Shown piece after piece: positions 11,419 through 24,152 of a stretch of DNA of 64,000 nucleotides. Source of the DNA: Hyphochytrium catenoides (lineage: Eukaryota; Protista; Hyphochytriomycota); contig FLMG01001983.1 in assembly GCA_900088475.1 (NCBI GenBank), positions 1 through 64,000 on the forward strand, given 5' to 3'. Numbering within the stretch: position 1 is the first letter of the stretch; the number at the start of each line of letters is the position of its first letter. The translations under genes were made by a program, and so were the position numbers. Below the pieces are notes generated by a model. That model was not told where the DNA came from and made no database searches. It saw only the letters and a program-made list of their open reading frames with translations.

Positions 11419-14145
11419 ATGGATAAAAACAGGCGAAAGTTTAGGAGGAAGGATTCTTCTGACGAAGATGAGGGCAATGCGAAGAGGGAAGAACCGACGG
11501 TGCCTGCAGATGTGGCTCAGCGGAACATAACCAAGCGGCTCGTAAAAAGAGGAGGACCGCGGGGTCTCCGAAGACCTGCTCCTACCAATCGAAGCTCCAT
11601 CCCTAGCAGCGATGAAGAGGTAGAAGTTGGCGAAAGACAACAGAACCAGAATGCTCCATCTAGCAAAGGACAAAGTTCAGTTCGGCCTCCCTCTAATCAG
11701 CGCCAGGCAAAAAGAATACCCAGCAAATCAGGCGTGAACCTGAGCTTCGCCGACGATGCAGATGATCTTGCGGACGACATACCCAGCTCTCGACATCGCT
11801 TCCGACGTAACGTTATTCGTCTCACAGATTCAGAGCCTTCGGAACAGCCGCGATCTAAGGCTGCTGCGCCAGTGAAGAAGCCACAGGGAGGCGGAGAGTA
11901 TACAGCTGAGAGGTTGGAGGCGCTGCGTAAGGTAAACCAGGCGTCAAACCTCAGAGCTCCTCTTACAGCCGGAACGTTAGCGATAGACGAGATGGCCCAG
12001 ATGGCCCAGATGGCCCAGGCTATTGAGAACGTTAACAGAAGAGACGAAGGAGACGAAGAGGAGCTACCCGACACTTTAGACGCTGAGTCCATTCAGATGA
12101 TCAAGCAGTACAAAGAGCGCCAGCGGAGGCTAAAAGAGGGGGCAGAGACGGAGCCGGAGCAAGACAGAAAAGCGGATGAATTCATTCCTCTGAATAATGG
12201 TGAAGCTGAAGACAAGAAAGGCATATCAGGGCCGTCGATCGCTGCCAGAGTAGTGAAACTAGGTACTGCCGCACTGCGGCGCAAACTGCTAGAAGAAAAA
12301 AGAACAGATGAGGACGAGGTCGAGATGAAGGAGCTAGAGCAATGGGAGGTGGAAATGATGAAGCGAGGAGGGAAGCTGAGCGATAAGCTGGCCTCCTCTC
12401 TACCGAGGGGCGGAGGCGGGGCGGTGAATGGCACCGCTCGGCCCGCAGCACGAAGAAGCAAGCCCAGATCCCTTGTCGAGATTGAGCAAGCTCTGCAGAA
12501 GAGCTTTCTGGAGACACAAGCCGACAATGACAAGAACCAAAGGACCCTTTCCAAACTGAATGCTGATATCCAGGCGACAGAGAACGAGCTCACCAGTCTG
12601 CAGAAGGAGCTGACGACCATCAGCCAGCAGTTCGAGTTCTTTCAAGAAGCCAGAGATTATGTCAAGGACTTGTGTGCCTGCCTACGCTCTAAGGTACCGC
12701 TCATTAGAGAGGTGGAAGATGCGGTGGTTCACCTCCTGCGAGAGCACCAAGAGGCTCTATATGCTCGGCACAAGCAGGACGTGATTGATAGACTGGAAGA
12801 TGCCCGTAGGGCCGGTATCTCTTTCAAGCACAACTCGGAGGGCTTCAAAGGGCTCGAGAAAGGAGGAGAACAAGACACTTCACCTTCAGACCCTGATGAG
12901 GATTTTGCAGGTAGAGACAAGAGCTACTTTCTAGAGAGGCAACGAGGTATTAGGCAGCAGGAGAGATGGAAGCGCTACAGAGAGAGATCAGCGCGAGTCC
13001 TCCTCCGTTTAGGACTAGGAGATGGACATGAGCGCAAACTCTACTACGAGGCCTTCCAGGACGGCATGGAGACGGACGCAATGCCTGAAGAGACTGTCTC
13101 CACGCTAAGGACCCGCCTGGACAGGCTGAGAGAGGCGTCAGAGGTGATATTTGAAGACGTAGTGGAAGAGTTTTCTGAGCTCGAATACGTGGTGAAGCGC
13201 TTTGAGGAGTGGAAGAGAAAATTTCCCAAGAACTATGACGATGCTTTCTGCTCTCTCTCTCTTCCTGATATCCTTTCTCCCTATGTGCGGGTCCAGATGG
13301 TCCCGTGGCATCCATTCCTTCCATCGTCTCTGTCTTCTAGAGCTTCCTCTGCTGAGTACTTTGGAGAGTTTGAGAGATTCTCCTGGTTCAAGCTGCTCTT
13401 CAGCTATGCACAAGACATTGCAGTGGAGCCAGCCCACAGCAAGAATGACCAAGACGCAAATTTGGTACCCAATATACTGCAGAAGTCTGTGACTGATATC
13501 TTCTGCAACCATGTGAGGGAGGTCTGGGACCCATTTTCCTCGAGGCAGACAAAGCACGGTGTGGAGGTCTTCACAGAGCTCGTAGAGGTGTTCCAAGTGG
13601 CCTCAGACAGTGTGGACAAGGTTCTCGCGGCTGTCTTTGCCACGTTGCAAAGAACAGCCAAGCTCCTCGTTGTGCCTGTACCAGAGGCAGGGGCTCTGAG
13701 CTCTGAGTCCCAAGCCGCAGATGAGGAGATTATAGCTTTCAGTGCTCAGCAATATGCGCACTGTGTGAAGCATCAGAAGAGCACTGCTGCTTGGATTGCT
13801 GTCACGCCTGTCAGTCAATCCAAGTGGCTGGCTCTACTTGCGGCCCAGTTCTTGAAAATTTTAGTGGACCACCAGCTGCCATACCTTGGCCACTTAGTGG
13901 ATCTGCGAGAGCATCAGCTACTGCTTAAAAGAGGAAGTATGGGGGACAGTGACGAGCTGTTTCTCCTCTCTGCCGAGGAGCTTGTGAAGATGTTTCCCTC
14001 TCAAGGCATCAGTACACATGCCTCCCAGGCAGTGCAGAAGGTTCTTTCTCGGTTTGAAGGTTCACTCAGAAGGGGAAGCAGTGAGGATGCTAAGGCAGCA
14101 GAAAAGCTGGAGACAGTATTAGCGTTGATGACCTCTTTAAGATGA
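11419..14145 (+). CDS. GC-rich sequence DNA-binding factor (GCFC2/PAXBP1/NTR2-like spliceosome disassembly factor), intronless
   Basis: 908-aa ORF with LSFADD, EYTAERLEALR, WEVEMMKRG, IFEDVVEEFS...FEEWKRKFPKNYDDAFCSLSLP and WDPFSSRQT, typical of the GCFC domain. Confidence 0.88.
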   Translation: MDKNRRKFRRKDSSDEDEGNAKREEPTVPADVAQRNITKRLVKRGGPRGLRRPAPTNRSSIPSSDEEVEVGERQQNQNAPSSKGQSSVRPPSNQRQAKRIPSKSGVNLSFADDADDLADDIPSSRHRFRRNVIRLTDSEPSEQPRSKAAAPVKKPQGGGEYTAERLEALRKVNQASNLRAPLTAGTLAIDEMAQMAQMAQAIENVNRRDEGDEEELPDTLDAESIQMIKQYKERQRRLKEGAETEPEQDRKADEFIPLNNGEAEDKKGISGPSIAARVVKLGTAALRRKLLEEKRTDEDEVEMKELEQWEVEMMKRGGKLSDKLASSLPRGGGGAVNGTARPAARRSKPRSLVEIEQALQKSFLETQADNDKNQRTLSKLNADIQATENELTSLQKELTTISQQFEFFQEARDYVKDLCACLRSKVPLIREVEDAVVHLLREHQEALYARHKQDVIDRLEDARRAGISFKHNSEGFKGLEKGGEQDTSPSDPDEDFAGRDKSYFLERQRGIRQQERWKRYRERSARVLLRLGLGDGHERKLYYEAFQDGMETDAMPEETVSTLRTRLDRLREASEVIFEDVVEEFSELEYVVKRFEEWKRKFPKNYDDAFCSLSLPDILSPYVRVQMVPWHPFLPSSLSSRASSAEYFGEFERFSWFKLLFSYAQDIAVEPAHSKNDQDANLVPNILQKSVTDIFCNHVREVWDPFSSRQTKHGVEVFTELVEVFQVASDSVDKVLAAVFATLQRTAKLLVVPVPEAGALSSESQAADEEIIAFSAQQYAHCVKHQKSTAAWIAVTPVSQSKWLALLAAQFLKILVDHQLPYLGHLVDLREHQLLLKRGSMGDSDELFLLSAEELVKMFPSQGISTHASQAVQKVLSRFEGSLRRGSSEDAKAAEKLETVLALMTSLR

Positions 14146-14874
14146 ATTGATCACACTCTTATTAGAGAAGCAGCTCGCTAGCATTGGTCAATGATGCCTT
14201 GCCTTGCCTTGCCTTCGGCGGCACCTTCCGACATTTGTTAACCTTCGTGACTTTTTCGGCCTCTCTAGCTCAGCTCTACTCTTCCGTCTTCGTTCCAGCA
14301 TTTTAATGGGTCGACCCTACCCCTCATAATCTTCACTATCAGACTTTTCCAGCTTTTTTCCCGGAGTGTCCTGCGCAGGTAGCTACAATGCTTGGCCTCT
14401 CAGTGGCCGCCTTTTAGCCTTTAGCTGGCCTTCCTTGATGGAATATCAATCTCCTTATGCAGCACTAGCGCGCGTAGAAGGGATGAATCCTCGTTGTACC
14501 CTGCTGGCCTAACATTCCACAGACTGGCCTTGTCTAGAGAAGTGGGGAGAAGGACATTCCTCTGACCTGAAGGTCAGCGTCATATCAGAAGAGTCACTAC
14601 TGCAATGCCTGTAGGCGCCATCACATCTCATTGGATTGCCCCCACAGAATTGCTACACTGCTCGAAGTGGTGCGAGGTTCGCATGCTGATATACAAACCT
14701 GGAAGTGACATGGCGCTACGCACATTTTGATGGGTCAAGTGCGCATTGTGGCAAGGACTAGTGAGAAGCTAGGAGCGATGCTATAACAATTTTCTTCTTC
14801 TGTGCCGTGCAAGACTGGTAGCGCCATTGGGGTTACGCACAAATCTGATGGGACGGGTGCGCACTACAGCGATT

Positions 14875-14886
14875 TTTGGCGCGAAC
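14875..14886 (+). promoter_or_regulatory. E2F-type element TTTGGCGCGAA upstream of DONSON
   Basis: Matches the E2F consensus TTTSSCGC, about 400 bp upstream of a replication gene. Confidence 0.4.
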
Positions 14887-15293
14887 CTAAAGTGATACAA
14901 AATTGATGCTTCTTTTTTGGTGTCTTGCGCACTCACAGCTGCACTCACTCGGTCTCGCGCTCCATTACCTTCCCCGCCTCAAGTTCGATATCTCTATCTC
15001 CATCATATAGAAAGGCGGACCCGTTGAGCTCAAGCGCCTTGCCATTCATTGCCTCTCACAGTTCACCGCCCAGTTACAGCCCTCTTGTCAGCCTAAGAGG
15101 GGGCTCGATTGGCTCTTCAGTATATCTCTCTTTCAACGCCTTCTCTCCTCTACTTTTCTCTGTATATCTCGTCCTCTCTCGTTCTGCCTTTAGCACGCTG
15201 GGCAGTCCCAGAGGAAGGGTTGTTTCAACTCTTCTTTCTCCAAGACGCATCCCTTAGAGGTCTCTGGAAAATTGAGTCTTTGCCCTTCTCTCA

Positions 15294-18200
15294 ATGGGGC
15301 TTGAAGATCAGCAACCGTCACCTAATCTTCTGGAGGGGAGTGACTCCACCGGCAACGCCGAAGTGAAGCAGACTTTGCCGAGTCAACAAAGACTGCATGA
15401 CAAGCCGGTGGATCTCCAGGATGAGGAAAAGTCACCTGTTGCTGTTGGGGATTGCAGGTAAGGTCCATTCCCCCAATAAATAGCCTTGTAATAGAGGGTG
15501 GGAGAGCTCTTTACTCGCTTCAGTCAGATAGCGCTGTCTTAGATGGAGAGCAAGGGCAACAGAGACACAAGGAAAGAGCAGACGATGATGGGGAAAGCAA
15601 CATTAAGCGCACAGAGCAAGAAGGAAGGAACAAAGGAAGAAAGAAGGAGTGCAAGAAAAGCCAACTTTAAGAGGGCAAGGGAGCTAACCGTTCGCAATGT
15701 TAATAGGCAAAGAGACGGCAGGTTTCAGACGTTCCTTCCGAAGAACTTGCAGGCGGAGTCTTCAAGAGAGGTTGTGGAAGGCGACTGTCGCTCACAGTCG
15801 ACAGAGGCTTCTCACGTGTTCTCCTCGACTTCCTCAGCACTCTCCCTCTCTCGTCGACCTGCTTCACTGACTAAAGTTCTTGGATCAAGGCCCTCGGCAA
15901 AGCTGATGCCTCCGCCACGGCCAGAAGGGTAAGATTGTTACCCTCCACTGTTTCCCGTCCCATTTTTCTCTCAAGTTTCTCTTATTCTCTTCATCTTTCG
16001 CAGTGTTTGGGTCTCTTCATCTTTCTTCAGCCCCTTTTCACCCTGCCTAGCCCTCATATATCGACGGCTTTAGTCTGAGGCTAGTCTTGGTCGTAGGTCG
16101 TTGATTAGGAAGCGTCCTGGAGCTCCGGTACACCCTATCTCTAGCTCCATCTGTGCTTTCTTTGCCTACCTACGCTCCGTATTACAAAGCCTGCGGATTT
16201 CAAGCTTCTCCGTCTTCGTCTTGTTCCTCGCCTGTAATGGGTAGGCTGGCGGCTGTACTTCTTGTTTCCGACAATAGCTCGGCCTCACGAGCACTACCTC
16301 TCCCCAATGCTCAATGTCCTCTTCCCACAACCACGCTCACTCCACACTCTGCTCGTAACCATACAGGAGAAGGGAAGTTTGGCTGACAGACTTAGCAAGA
16401 TAACGAAGTTGCGGGTCAATGCCTTTCCCGGTAGTGCCTTTCGGTCGTCCTCTTCTAGGAGTGGAGCATCTTCCAAGGGTCCTCTAAGGGTCAAGGTGTG
16501 TAAGGGCCTCGTACCTGCCCTTGTCTGCTCCTATCAGTGCCCAGCTTCTCTTTCTTCTCCACCAGTCATACGTAATCATGTATCCTCCTCTCTGCCATAG
16601 CCGTGCACTATGCCTCTCGTCCTTCACTTATACGACTTTCACCCTTTCCATACGTAAAATCCTTGCCTCCTGGGTCCCACCTCCTGCCTTGACCCGCATG
16701 TTCTCTGATACTGACGACTTATCAATGGTGAACTCATCAGTATGGGAAAAGAAGATTGACTCCGGTGGACTGGAATCTCAAGACAGAGATGAAAATTGTG
16801 GCCACTGCCAAATTTCGTCTTCCGCCGCCCAGCTCGTCGTAAGTCTTGAGGATTCTGTCTTTTTGCATCTACAAGAAGACTTTTGCTCTGACAATCTCTT
16901 CGGTATGGATAACGACCTTACAGGCTATCAGAGCAAGGACAGGACTTCAGTAGCTTCTTTCGCCAGCTGCCACCCTACGGAAGCCGTCACGCAGTAGAAG
17001 CGCGGACGGATACAGCCTTGAGTAGTGAGGTGCGCAGGGTGTGCAGCCGTTGCCAGAGTTGTCTCAATAGTCGAGCTGCTAAATATTCTTTCTCTATCTC
17101 CTTCTCAAGAACGGAATGCACTTGCTGATTGATCCTTACTTTCTTAGTTTAGTTGTTTGACCTCCACTAATGTCTTGCTGAACTCTTCTCTACCTGTAAA
17201 GGTCCCGTGCCGTGAACTATGGGTCCAAGCTTCTTCCTACTGGTGCCACCCTCACGTTGATCTGCCAGACAGCATTCTAAGAGAGGGAAGAAGAGGAGGA
17301 GGAGGTATAAAAGGAGACTTGGCGGGAAGTCGTTGATCTCATGTTTCGTTAACCCCATCAGCTCTTATTCTATAAGATACTGCCAATCCCCTTCTTGCAG
17401 ATATCGAAGTGTGGAGTTCTACTAGCTCCGGAACCTTCTTTCTCTCTGTCATCCTGCGCCTTGCGTCTCACCAGTCTCTGCGTTTGCCGCCAATCACCTT
17501 TACCTTGATTAGCTGGCAGCTTTTTTGAAAAGCGCGTCGAGGAGTGGCAGAGAGCCTTTCAAAGCTTGTACTTCCTCTTCAGAAATCATAGGTAAGGAAC
17601 ACGACTTCATATCTCTTCTGGCGGTAAATGACGGACAGAGCCCTTCCATTCCGTTTCCTTCGCAGGGGATCTTACCGTTTGATGAAGACCCAGCTTGAGT
17701 CGTCTTTTTTGCCACCATGCCTTTCGTGCGAATGAGCTCATCTTTGCGCTTTCTCTTCTTTCGATTTTCTGCTGCTGACTTGCTTTGCAGTTGTCCATAC
17801 TTCTACGTTATCATGAAGCATCGGATTTTCTTTTTCACAAACGCCGCACCTTCGCCTTTCACGTCATCCACAAATGCCGAGGAAGGACACCCTTCTCAGT
17901 CAGGTAAGACCTCTCAGTGTGTCAGTCACGCTCCTTTCAAGTTCTCATCGGTCCGCAGGTCCATCACTTGCCGCCTTTGTATCAAGATCTTCCAGGGAAC
18001 TAAGAAAAGAGCTAAGGGCTTTAGGGGTCGAGTTTTCTATGCCTTTTGTTAGCAGAAGCCATAGGTATACCGATGACACGATAGTAGCAGCCCTCGCACA
18101 TGAAAATGCGGGCGATAGGAACGGTGGAAAGGAGAATGAGAGAAAGGACGAAGAGATCCTCGGGGAAGCTGCAGAGCTTCATAAGGATAACTCGAGCTCT

Positions 18201-19464
18201 GACCAGTACCATGGCCGGCAAGGAGTAGAAGTCTCTGGTATGTGAGCGCCTCTCACACTATGCTCCACTTCCTACCTCATTTTCCTAACACTCTCTCTCT
18301 GTTTTCTCCGGTCTCGCAACTTTCGCGTCATCTTTAGTGAGGTGGACTCTTAATGCTGCCAGTGCTCTGCTTACTGTGTCTGTTTAAGGGCTGTATCAAG
18401 AGATGTTGCTACCTTGCCTGACGCTATTCCCACCTCTTAGCCGTCTGTCAAAGTAGATATGTACCTAACGTATAACGTCGTCCCCCACAGGCAATGACAG
18501 TACACGGATAGCGCTCTCCGATCCGGATACCTTGCTTAGCTTCTATGGCCACCTCGAAGTTCATGGTCTTTATGACTATCTTCTCAATGCGCAAGGTTTG
18601 CCCTGGTTCCTCTTTCTTCCTTTCCTCGCCTTCCAATACTTCGGTACTTGAAGCTTTATCTGCCTGGTTTGCTCTCCTTCGGCGCTCAATGTACCAATGT
18701 ACTCTTCCAAAATGTTGGTTGACCTACCTTGAGCTGCTCTAACATTTCCGTGCTCTTAGAGTCTTCGGGTCATGACGTAGCACGAATCCTGTCTCCAGCG
18801 CCATTTCTAAACTCCTCGCACCGCACTTTAGACATAAGGAGCTCAGTGGTAAATTCCCAAGGAGATCAGCCCAGGCACATGTACGGTCCAGCCTCTATAG
18901 TTCAATATTACGTCTGTCACCTTATCTTGACTTATCTGGCTGGTCCTGGGAAGCTTTCTAGGGTCCCGTCCACTTTCCCTGATGCTGACCTTCATTATCT
19001 CCCTCCTCGCCCAATTTTCTATTTGGATGTGCGATCGCGCCTGATTACATGTCTGCCTTGAATCTGCGTCCCCTTTACACAGCCTTGAGGTGAAAGGCTA
19101 CCTCCTTCCTCACATGGTCACAGACATCATCACCTTATGTACTCCCTCCTCTGTCGATGAGCAAAGGAGACCAGCGACAGAAGGGAATTGGGATGCCAGA
19201 CAATCTGAAGATGATGGAGGTTTCAAGAAGCCAGCACGCCTTTCGACCTCTCCCCCATCTCACTCTATAAAGGTCTTCCTCAAGTCTCAGCTGCCTTCCA
19301 CTCGCCTGAATATTGCCGCACAATTGGAGGACATTTTGCCTGGCTTCTCCTCCCATGCTCCCAACCCCCGGGAGAGAGAAGAGCGGTTACGGCAGGGCAC
19401 AGTAGACACTATAGAGTGGTCAGCCAGCGCTGGATACGAACTCTACGTGGCCAAAGTGGCCTAG
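15294..19464 (+). CDS. DONSON: DONSON (downstream neighbour of SON) replication-initiation/fork-protection factor; many small exons, start uncertain
   Basis: The spliced exons give SSYWCHP; WQRAFQSLYFLFRNHS/CPYFYV; AFVSRSSRELRKELRALGVEFSMPF; LLSFYGHLEVHGLYDYLLN; ILSPAPFLNSSHRTLDIRS; LEVKGYLLPHMV. These are collinear with the DONSON motifs YWLHP, CPYFYV, TRGLREAMRNEGIEFSLP, LLSPVAF and LEITGPIMPH. Confidence 0.8.
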
Positions 19465-19733
19465 GTTGTCTAGGTTATTTCGGACATAAGGCTGTTTCTG
19501 CTTGAAGAACACGTGTTCTTAAGGCAGGAAGTGTAGGCCAGAAAGTGAGCGCGAGAGTTGGACGTAATAAGTACGACATAGCCGTGAATTTTACAAGCAA
19601 CGTCTGGGACGATAGGTGTTCCTAAGCGATGCTCATTTCCCAGACTCTGGGCATAGCCTCCCACTTCCTCTCCTTGTTTTGCCCTCTAACAAGCAGTTAA
19701 CTCCATGGAAGTCCAGCAAAACTCCTAGAGAGC

Positions 19734-22700
19734 TCATGTAAACCCTCCCGAAATCTGCGCTAACGCGGCCATCTGTGCAACTGCTGCCTCTCTGTAGCTT
19801 ATGAGTTCCCTAACCTCCTGCTCCGTCTTAGCATGTGCCACTGCTTTTTCGTACACTTCGAGTGCCTCTGGTACCTGACCCAGCTGCATCTGCAGTTGCG
19901 CAAGATGCACGTAGGCGACCTACAGAGAAGAGAAGCGGGCGAAGAGGTCCATTAGTACACACGCAGGTGCCCTCAGCGAGATCTAGGATACAGATGAATA
20001 ATACAAGAAAACGGGTCAAAGCAAGCAAGACATTGACTGAACTAAGAGGAAAGGGGCAGAGACGGAGAGCCAACTCTTTACCTGGCATGCTGGATCCATA
20101 TCTACTGCTGTTTTGAAAAGATCAATCGCTCCCTCAAAGTCATTCTTTGTCTGGATTAAGATTAGGCCCTTGTTGACGTAGGACAAGGGATAGGTCGGGT
20201 CAACCTGCATGAGGATAAGCCAAAGTCAATAGAGAGCAAAAGGATACAGCTCCACAGGAAGACCACTTAGAAGGTAGAACTTGGGGTTGTAGCTATGTTA
20301 TCGCTGGGCATTTAAGGCGAAGCGCCTCTCTTTTAGTTCATATTGTCATTTGTTCCATGCGCATGTCATACTGACCTTGATGGCATCCTCAAACTTGTCC
20401 AATGCCTCATCCATCCTTTCCATGTTCATCAGCATCTCGCCCAGGTATTGATGAACCTCCGGTGCACCAGGAAGAAGCTTTACAGCCTTCTTGCAGTGCC
20501 AAACAGCCTTCTCATGGGCGTCCTGGGTATAAGAGGAGGTTTACCAGAAGATGAGAATGACATACGGAGCCGAGAACACAATGGTTGAGGTGACTAAACG
20601 CTCAAACGCCCAGTGCGACTAGAAGAAGAGGCCTAAAGAAGAGAGAAAAGTAATAGAATAGACGGCCACAAGAAGGACGAGAGGGATACAGCTAAGGGCT
20701 GGGCGCCTGAGGTAGTGGGATCAGTTGATCACAGGATCTTCGAAGTTGAGGTGCACTCACTCTACGGAATTCACAGACACTAAGCTGTACATAAGCATTA
20801 GGAAAATTTGGTGCAAGCTCCAGACATTGTCTAAAATCTTTCTCTGCCTCGTCTAGTTGATCCATGATAAGATGCAGCTGAAGACAGGAAGGAGCAGCCG
20901 TGTAAGTACTAGGAACAGAGAGACTCGAGCATATACTGCACCTGGCAAGTAGAGGCTTTTGCCTGCTAGGGATTAGGCAGATCTGCTTGATTGCGACACA
21001 TCTGGCTACCCAGCCTCTCGCATAACGGTCCCTTTCTCTCTCTTCTTCCCTACCGTTAGTATGTTTCTCCCATGATCCCCATCCGACCCGGTTCGCCATT
21101 TCAACCTTCCCTTTACTTTCTATTTCTCCCTTCTCAGCTCTATAGACCTTCACGTTGGCCTTCTCACCTGTCCTCTGTGGAAAAGGATGTCTGGTGCGGT
21201 AGGATGCACCTTGCTGGCCCTGTTAAAGATTTCCATCGCCTGCTCCTTGTCGTCCTGGTCAAAGGCCAATCCCGCTAGTTTGATCCAGGGCAGGATACAG
21301 TCAGGATCCATCGCAACTGCCTTCTCGAAGCATTCTTTAGCCTTGGCATAGTTTCCCTACATAAGGAGATGTCATATAGGGCCCCACACCTAGCCAAGAC
21401 AAGTAAAATAAGAATAGAGCGTGATGGCACAGTGACAGATGTGGAGGCAGGAGCCCGGCTAAAAGGAACAAGTTGTTACCTTAAAGTGCTGAAAGGTCCC
21501 ATGCTCGTGCAAGGCCTTGGTATAGTACTTGTCACCCTCCTGTAGCAACTCTACTGCAGCTTCTAAGTCCTCCATTGCCTTGTAATACTTCTTATTCTTT
21601 CGCTCTAGAATCGCCCGCATATATAGAAGTTCCCCTCTGCGCGGTGACGGAAAAATTAAGGAGACTGACTTAACAAGAGAAGCGATCACCCAAAAGTTTA
21701 ATATGCGACAAATCTAGAGATGAGCGGTAGATTAAGATTAAAAAAGGGAAGCCAAGAGAGTAAGCAGTGACCTTTACCTCTGGGCTTTGTTTTCCTCTGG
21801 GTTTTTCTTAAGTTCTGCCAGCTTCTCATTGATGTCTAATACGTCAATGTCACCGGGCACCTCATCCTCTACAGCAACGCTGGGTCAGCACCAAGGTAAA
21901 GAGCCAAACTAGGAGATAAGGATTGGGACAGACATTAAGAGCGAACACAGCCCTACAAGATAGAGCACGGAATATCCACAAGAGGAACCGGCTAAAGGTC
22001 AATAGCGCCAGGTGGCAAACCAAGCCTGATAATGCGAGAAATACTCACCGTCCGCAATGAAAGACAAGTAGTAGGCGCTTAGGAAATAAGTGGGGGGCAA
22101 TTTTTGCTGTTTGGGCCTTGAAGCAAATATTTCAGCAGCTTGGGTCTTGCTAAGACTCTGAAGGAGTGTCTCGCTTCTCTTCTGGAGAGGGACAGAGAAT
22201 TGTCAGCAGACATGTATTCAGCATCTTCTAACCTTTGTCGGACTACTATTCTCTTTTGCACCCCTACCTGAACCTCTTCCAATTCACTATCTAGCTTGCC
22301 ATGTTGCTGGTAGATTGCCCAGACGGTAGTCAAGTCTGCCAACTCCGCTCTTTCGTCTCTCAACTGCTTGAAAGCATTCGCGCGGCGCTTCAGAACTTTC
22401 ACGTACGTGGGGTCCAGTTTTAGAGCTGGGGAATGGAAGAGACATAGGCCATTCAAGAGAACAAAGTGTCAACCTCGGGTCCCTGCTGCCTTAGTGACCA
22501 CTATCTGTATCACGCTTTCTCCCTTTTCTAACATCTTATGCTTATCCCCTTCAATAATGCGCATTTTTCTCGATCTTGCCGCATCCCCGTCTCCTCTTCT
22601 TACTCTCTAGAAAGGGTTCTCACAGCTGTATGCCGCTCATTCTTAGACCTTTCAACACCTAATACATGCCAGAACCCACCTTCAGTGCAGTCTTGGATGA

Positions 22701-23807
22701 CATCGTTCCAGTTCGCCTGAAGCATGCAGGTGGTTAAGGGGTTATGTGGAGTCATCAGATGCGTGTGGTAGAGCTAACAACTGACCAGCTTCTCGAAGGC
22801 AGCGCCTCTGTTGGAATAAAGAACCTTAAGGTCGTCCTTCTTCCCAAAGTTCTCTTTCGACTTCGTTATAGCCATACTATAGGCTTCAATGGCCTTGCGA
22901 TATTCACCTGCTTTGTAAAGCTTTGTGCCTCTACTTGAATCTGCCTCTCCACGATCCTGTGGCCAAGCAGACAGATTGAGCAGGGATGAGTAAGGTATCA
23001 TAAGAGAGAGTAATGAGAGGAAATTAGTGTCATGACGAAGACGAGAAAGGAGATAGGCCACGGAAGTGAGATGGAACGACCGGGTCGGCTAAGATGAAGA
23101 AAGAATTGCACAGAGCGCTGAGACGAGGTTCGAACAGATAATTAAGGTTGGTATAAATGGCAAGAGGGACACCACATGGCTGTGGACCACGTGGCTTTCT
23201 AGGGAACTCTGGAGATGGGCGAAAAATGGTGGAACTTGTAAATCGAGGGCCGTGCTATACACAAACCTTATCTACGGGGAAATGCTTGGAGGACTTTTTA
23301 GAGGGAGAAAGCGGCCCCTTTTCGGCTGCATCGGAGGTGGATCCCTCTCGGAAGTGCTTAAGAAACTCCTCAGTATTAGCTTCCAGAGTCTTGGAAATAT
23401 TGGCGACAGCTTCGATCTGATGCTGTTCCCTCAACTAAAGTTGACGTTGAGCAGAGAAAGTAGTCAGGACAACTATTGTCATAATTATAAGAGCCTGCAC
23501 CCGGTATAAAGACACGTACCCTTTCCTCATCGTCTGCAGATTTCTGGGCTGTCGAGTCTGTCGCAGCCTTCTTCTTCTTCCTCCTCTTCTTTTCAGCCTT
23601 TATACCTCCTTCCTTAGCAGGGCTCGAGGCGCTGCTATTCTGCGTCACTTCTTTCGAAGTAGATTCATCATCACCCTTGCCTGTCAGATTCCTTGCTTGG
23701 TTCTTCTGCTTCAGCACAATAACAGCAATTGTGCACACCGTGAAGGTTGCGAGGAGAGGCAGCCAGGTAGAGGCAGACGAATGTGTTGAACTTGAAGGTG
23801 GCGCCAT
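19734..23807 (-). CDS. TOM70: Mitochondrial import receptor Tom70 (TPR protein), multi-exon
   Basis: N-terminal TM anchor followed by a basic patch. Clamp TPRs GTKLYKAGEYRKAIEAYSMAI...LYSNRGAAFEKL and ALKLDPTYVKVLKRRANAF. C-terminal AYVHLAQLQMQLGQVPEALEVYEKAVAHAKTEQE resembles the Tom70 end. Confidence 0.85.
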
Positions 23808-24142
23808 CTTATGAAAGCAGTTACCCCTCCCGGACTAGATTAACGGACGACCCTTTTGCTAATATAGGTGGATCATGCTCCTGCTCTCAGCAGGTCACCA
23901 TGTAGAGGCTAATCTTCACAATGTCGGAGCTTCAGAAATTGAGTTGTCGCAGCTAGGAATGAAGATTTTTTGTAGATTTTCTTTGGATGGTGGCGGCCAA
24001 CAAGAATTGGATCAGCGCAGAAAAGAAAGGAAGGAAGGAAGGCGGTGAGGGGGGAGGAAGACAAGAAGAATCAATCACAAGAACCAGGATAAGATAATCA
24101 AATGTCATAAGCGGCTATCAGTCTTTACTCTGATCTTTTGCG

Positions 24143-24152
24143 TGGCGCGAAC
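24143..24152 (+). promoter_or_regulatory. E2F-like element TGGCGCGAAC in the TOM70/FAAP100 divergent promoter
   Basis: Identical 10-mer to 14877-14886. Confidence 0.3.

Noticed and set aside
11991-12018. 9-bp tandem repeat (MAQ x3) in GCFC, and similar short repeats at about 14196 and 62657
   Set aside because: Ordinary slippage repeats; they are not CRISPR-like arrays.
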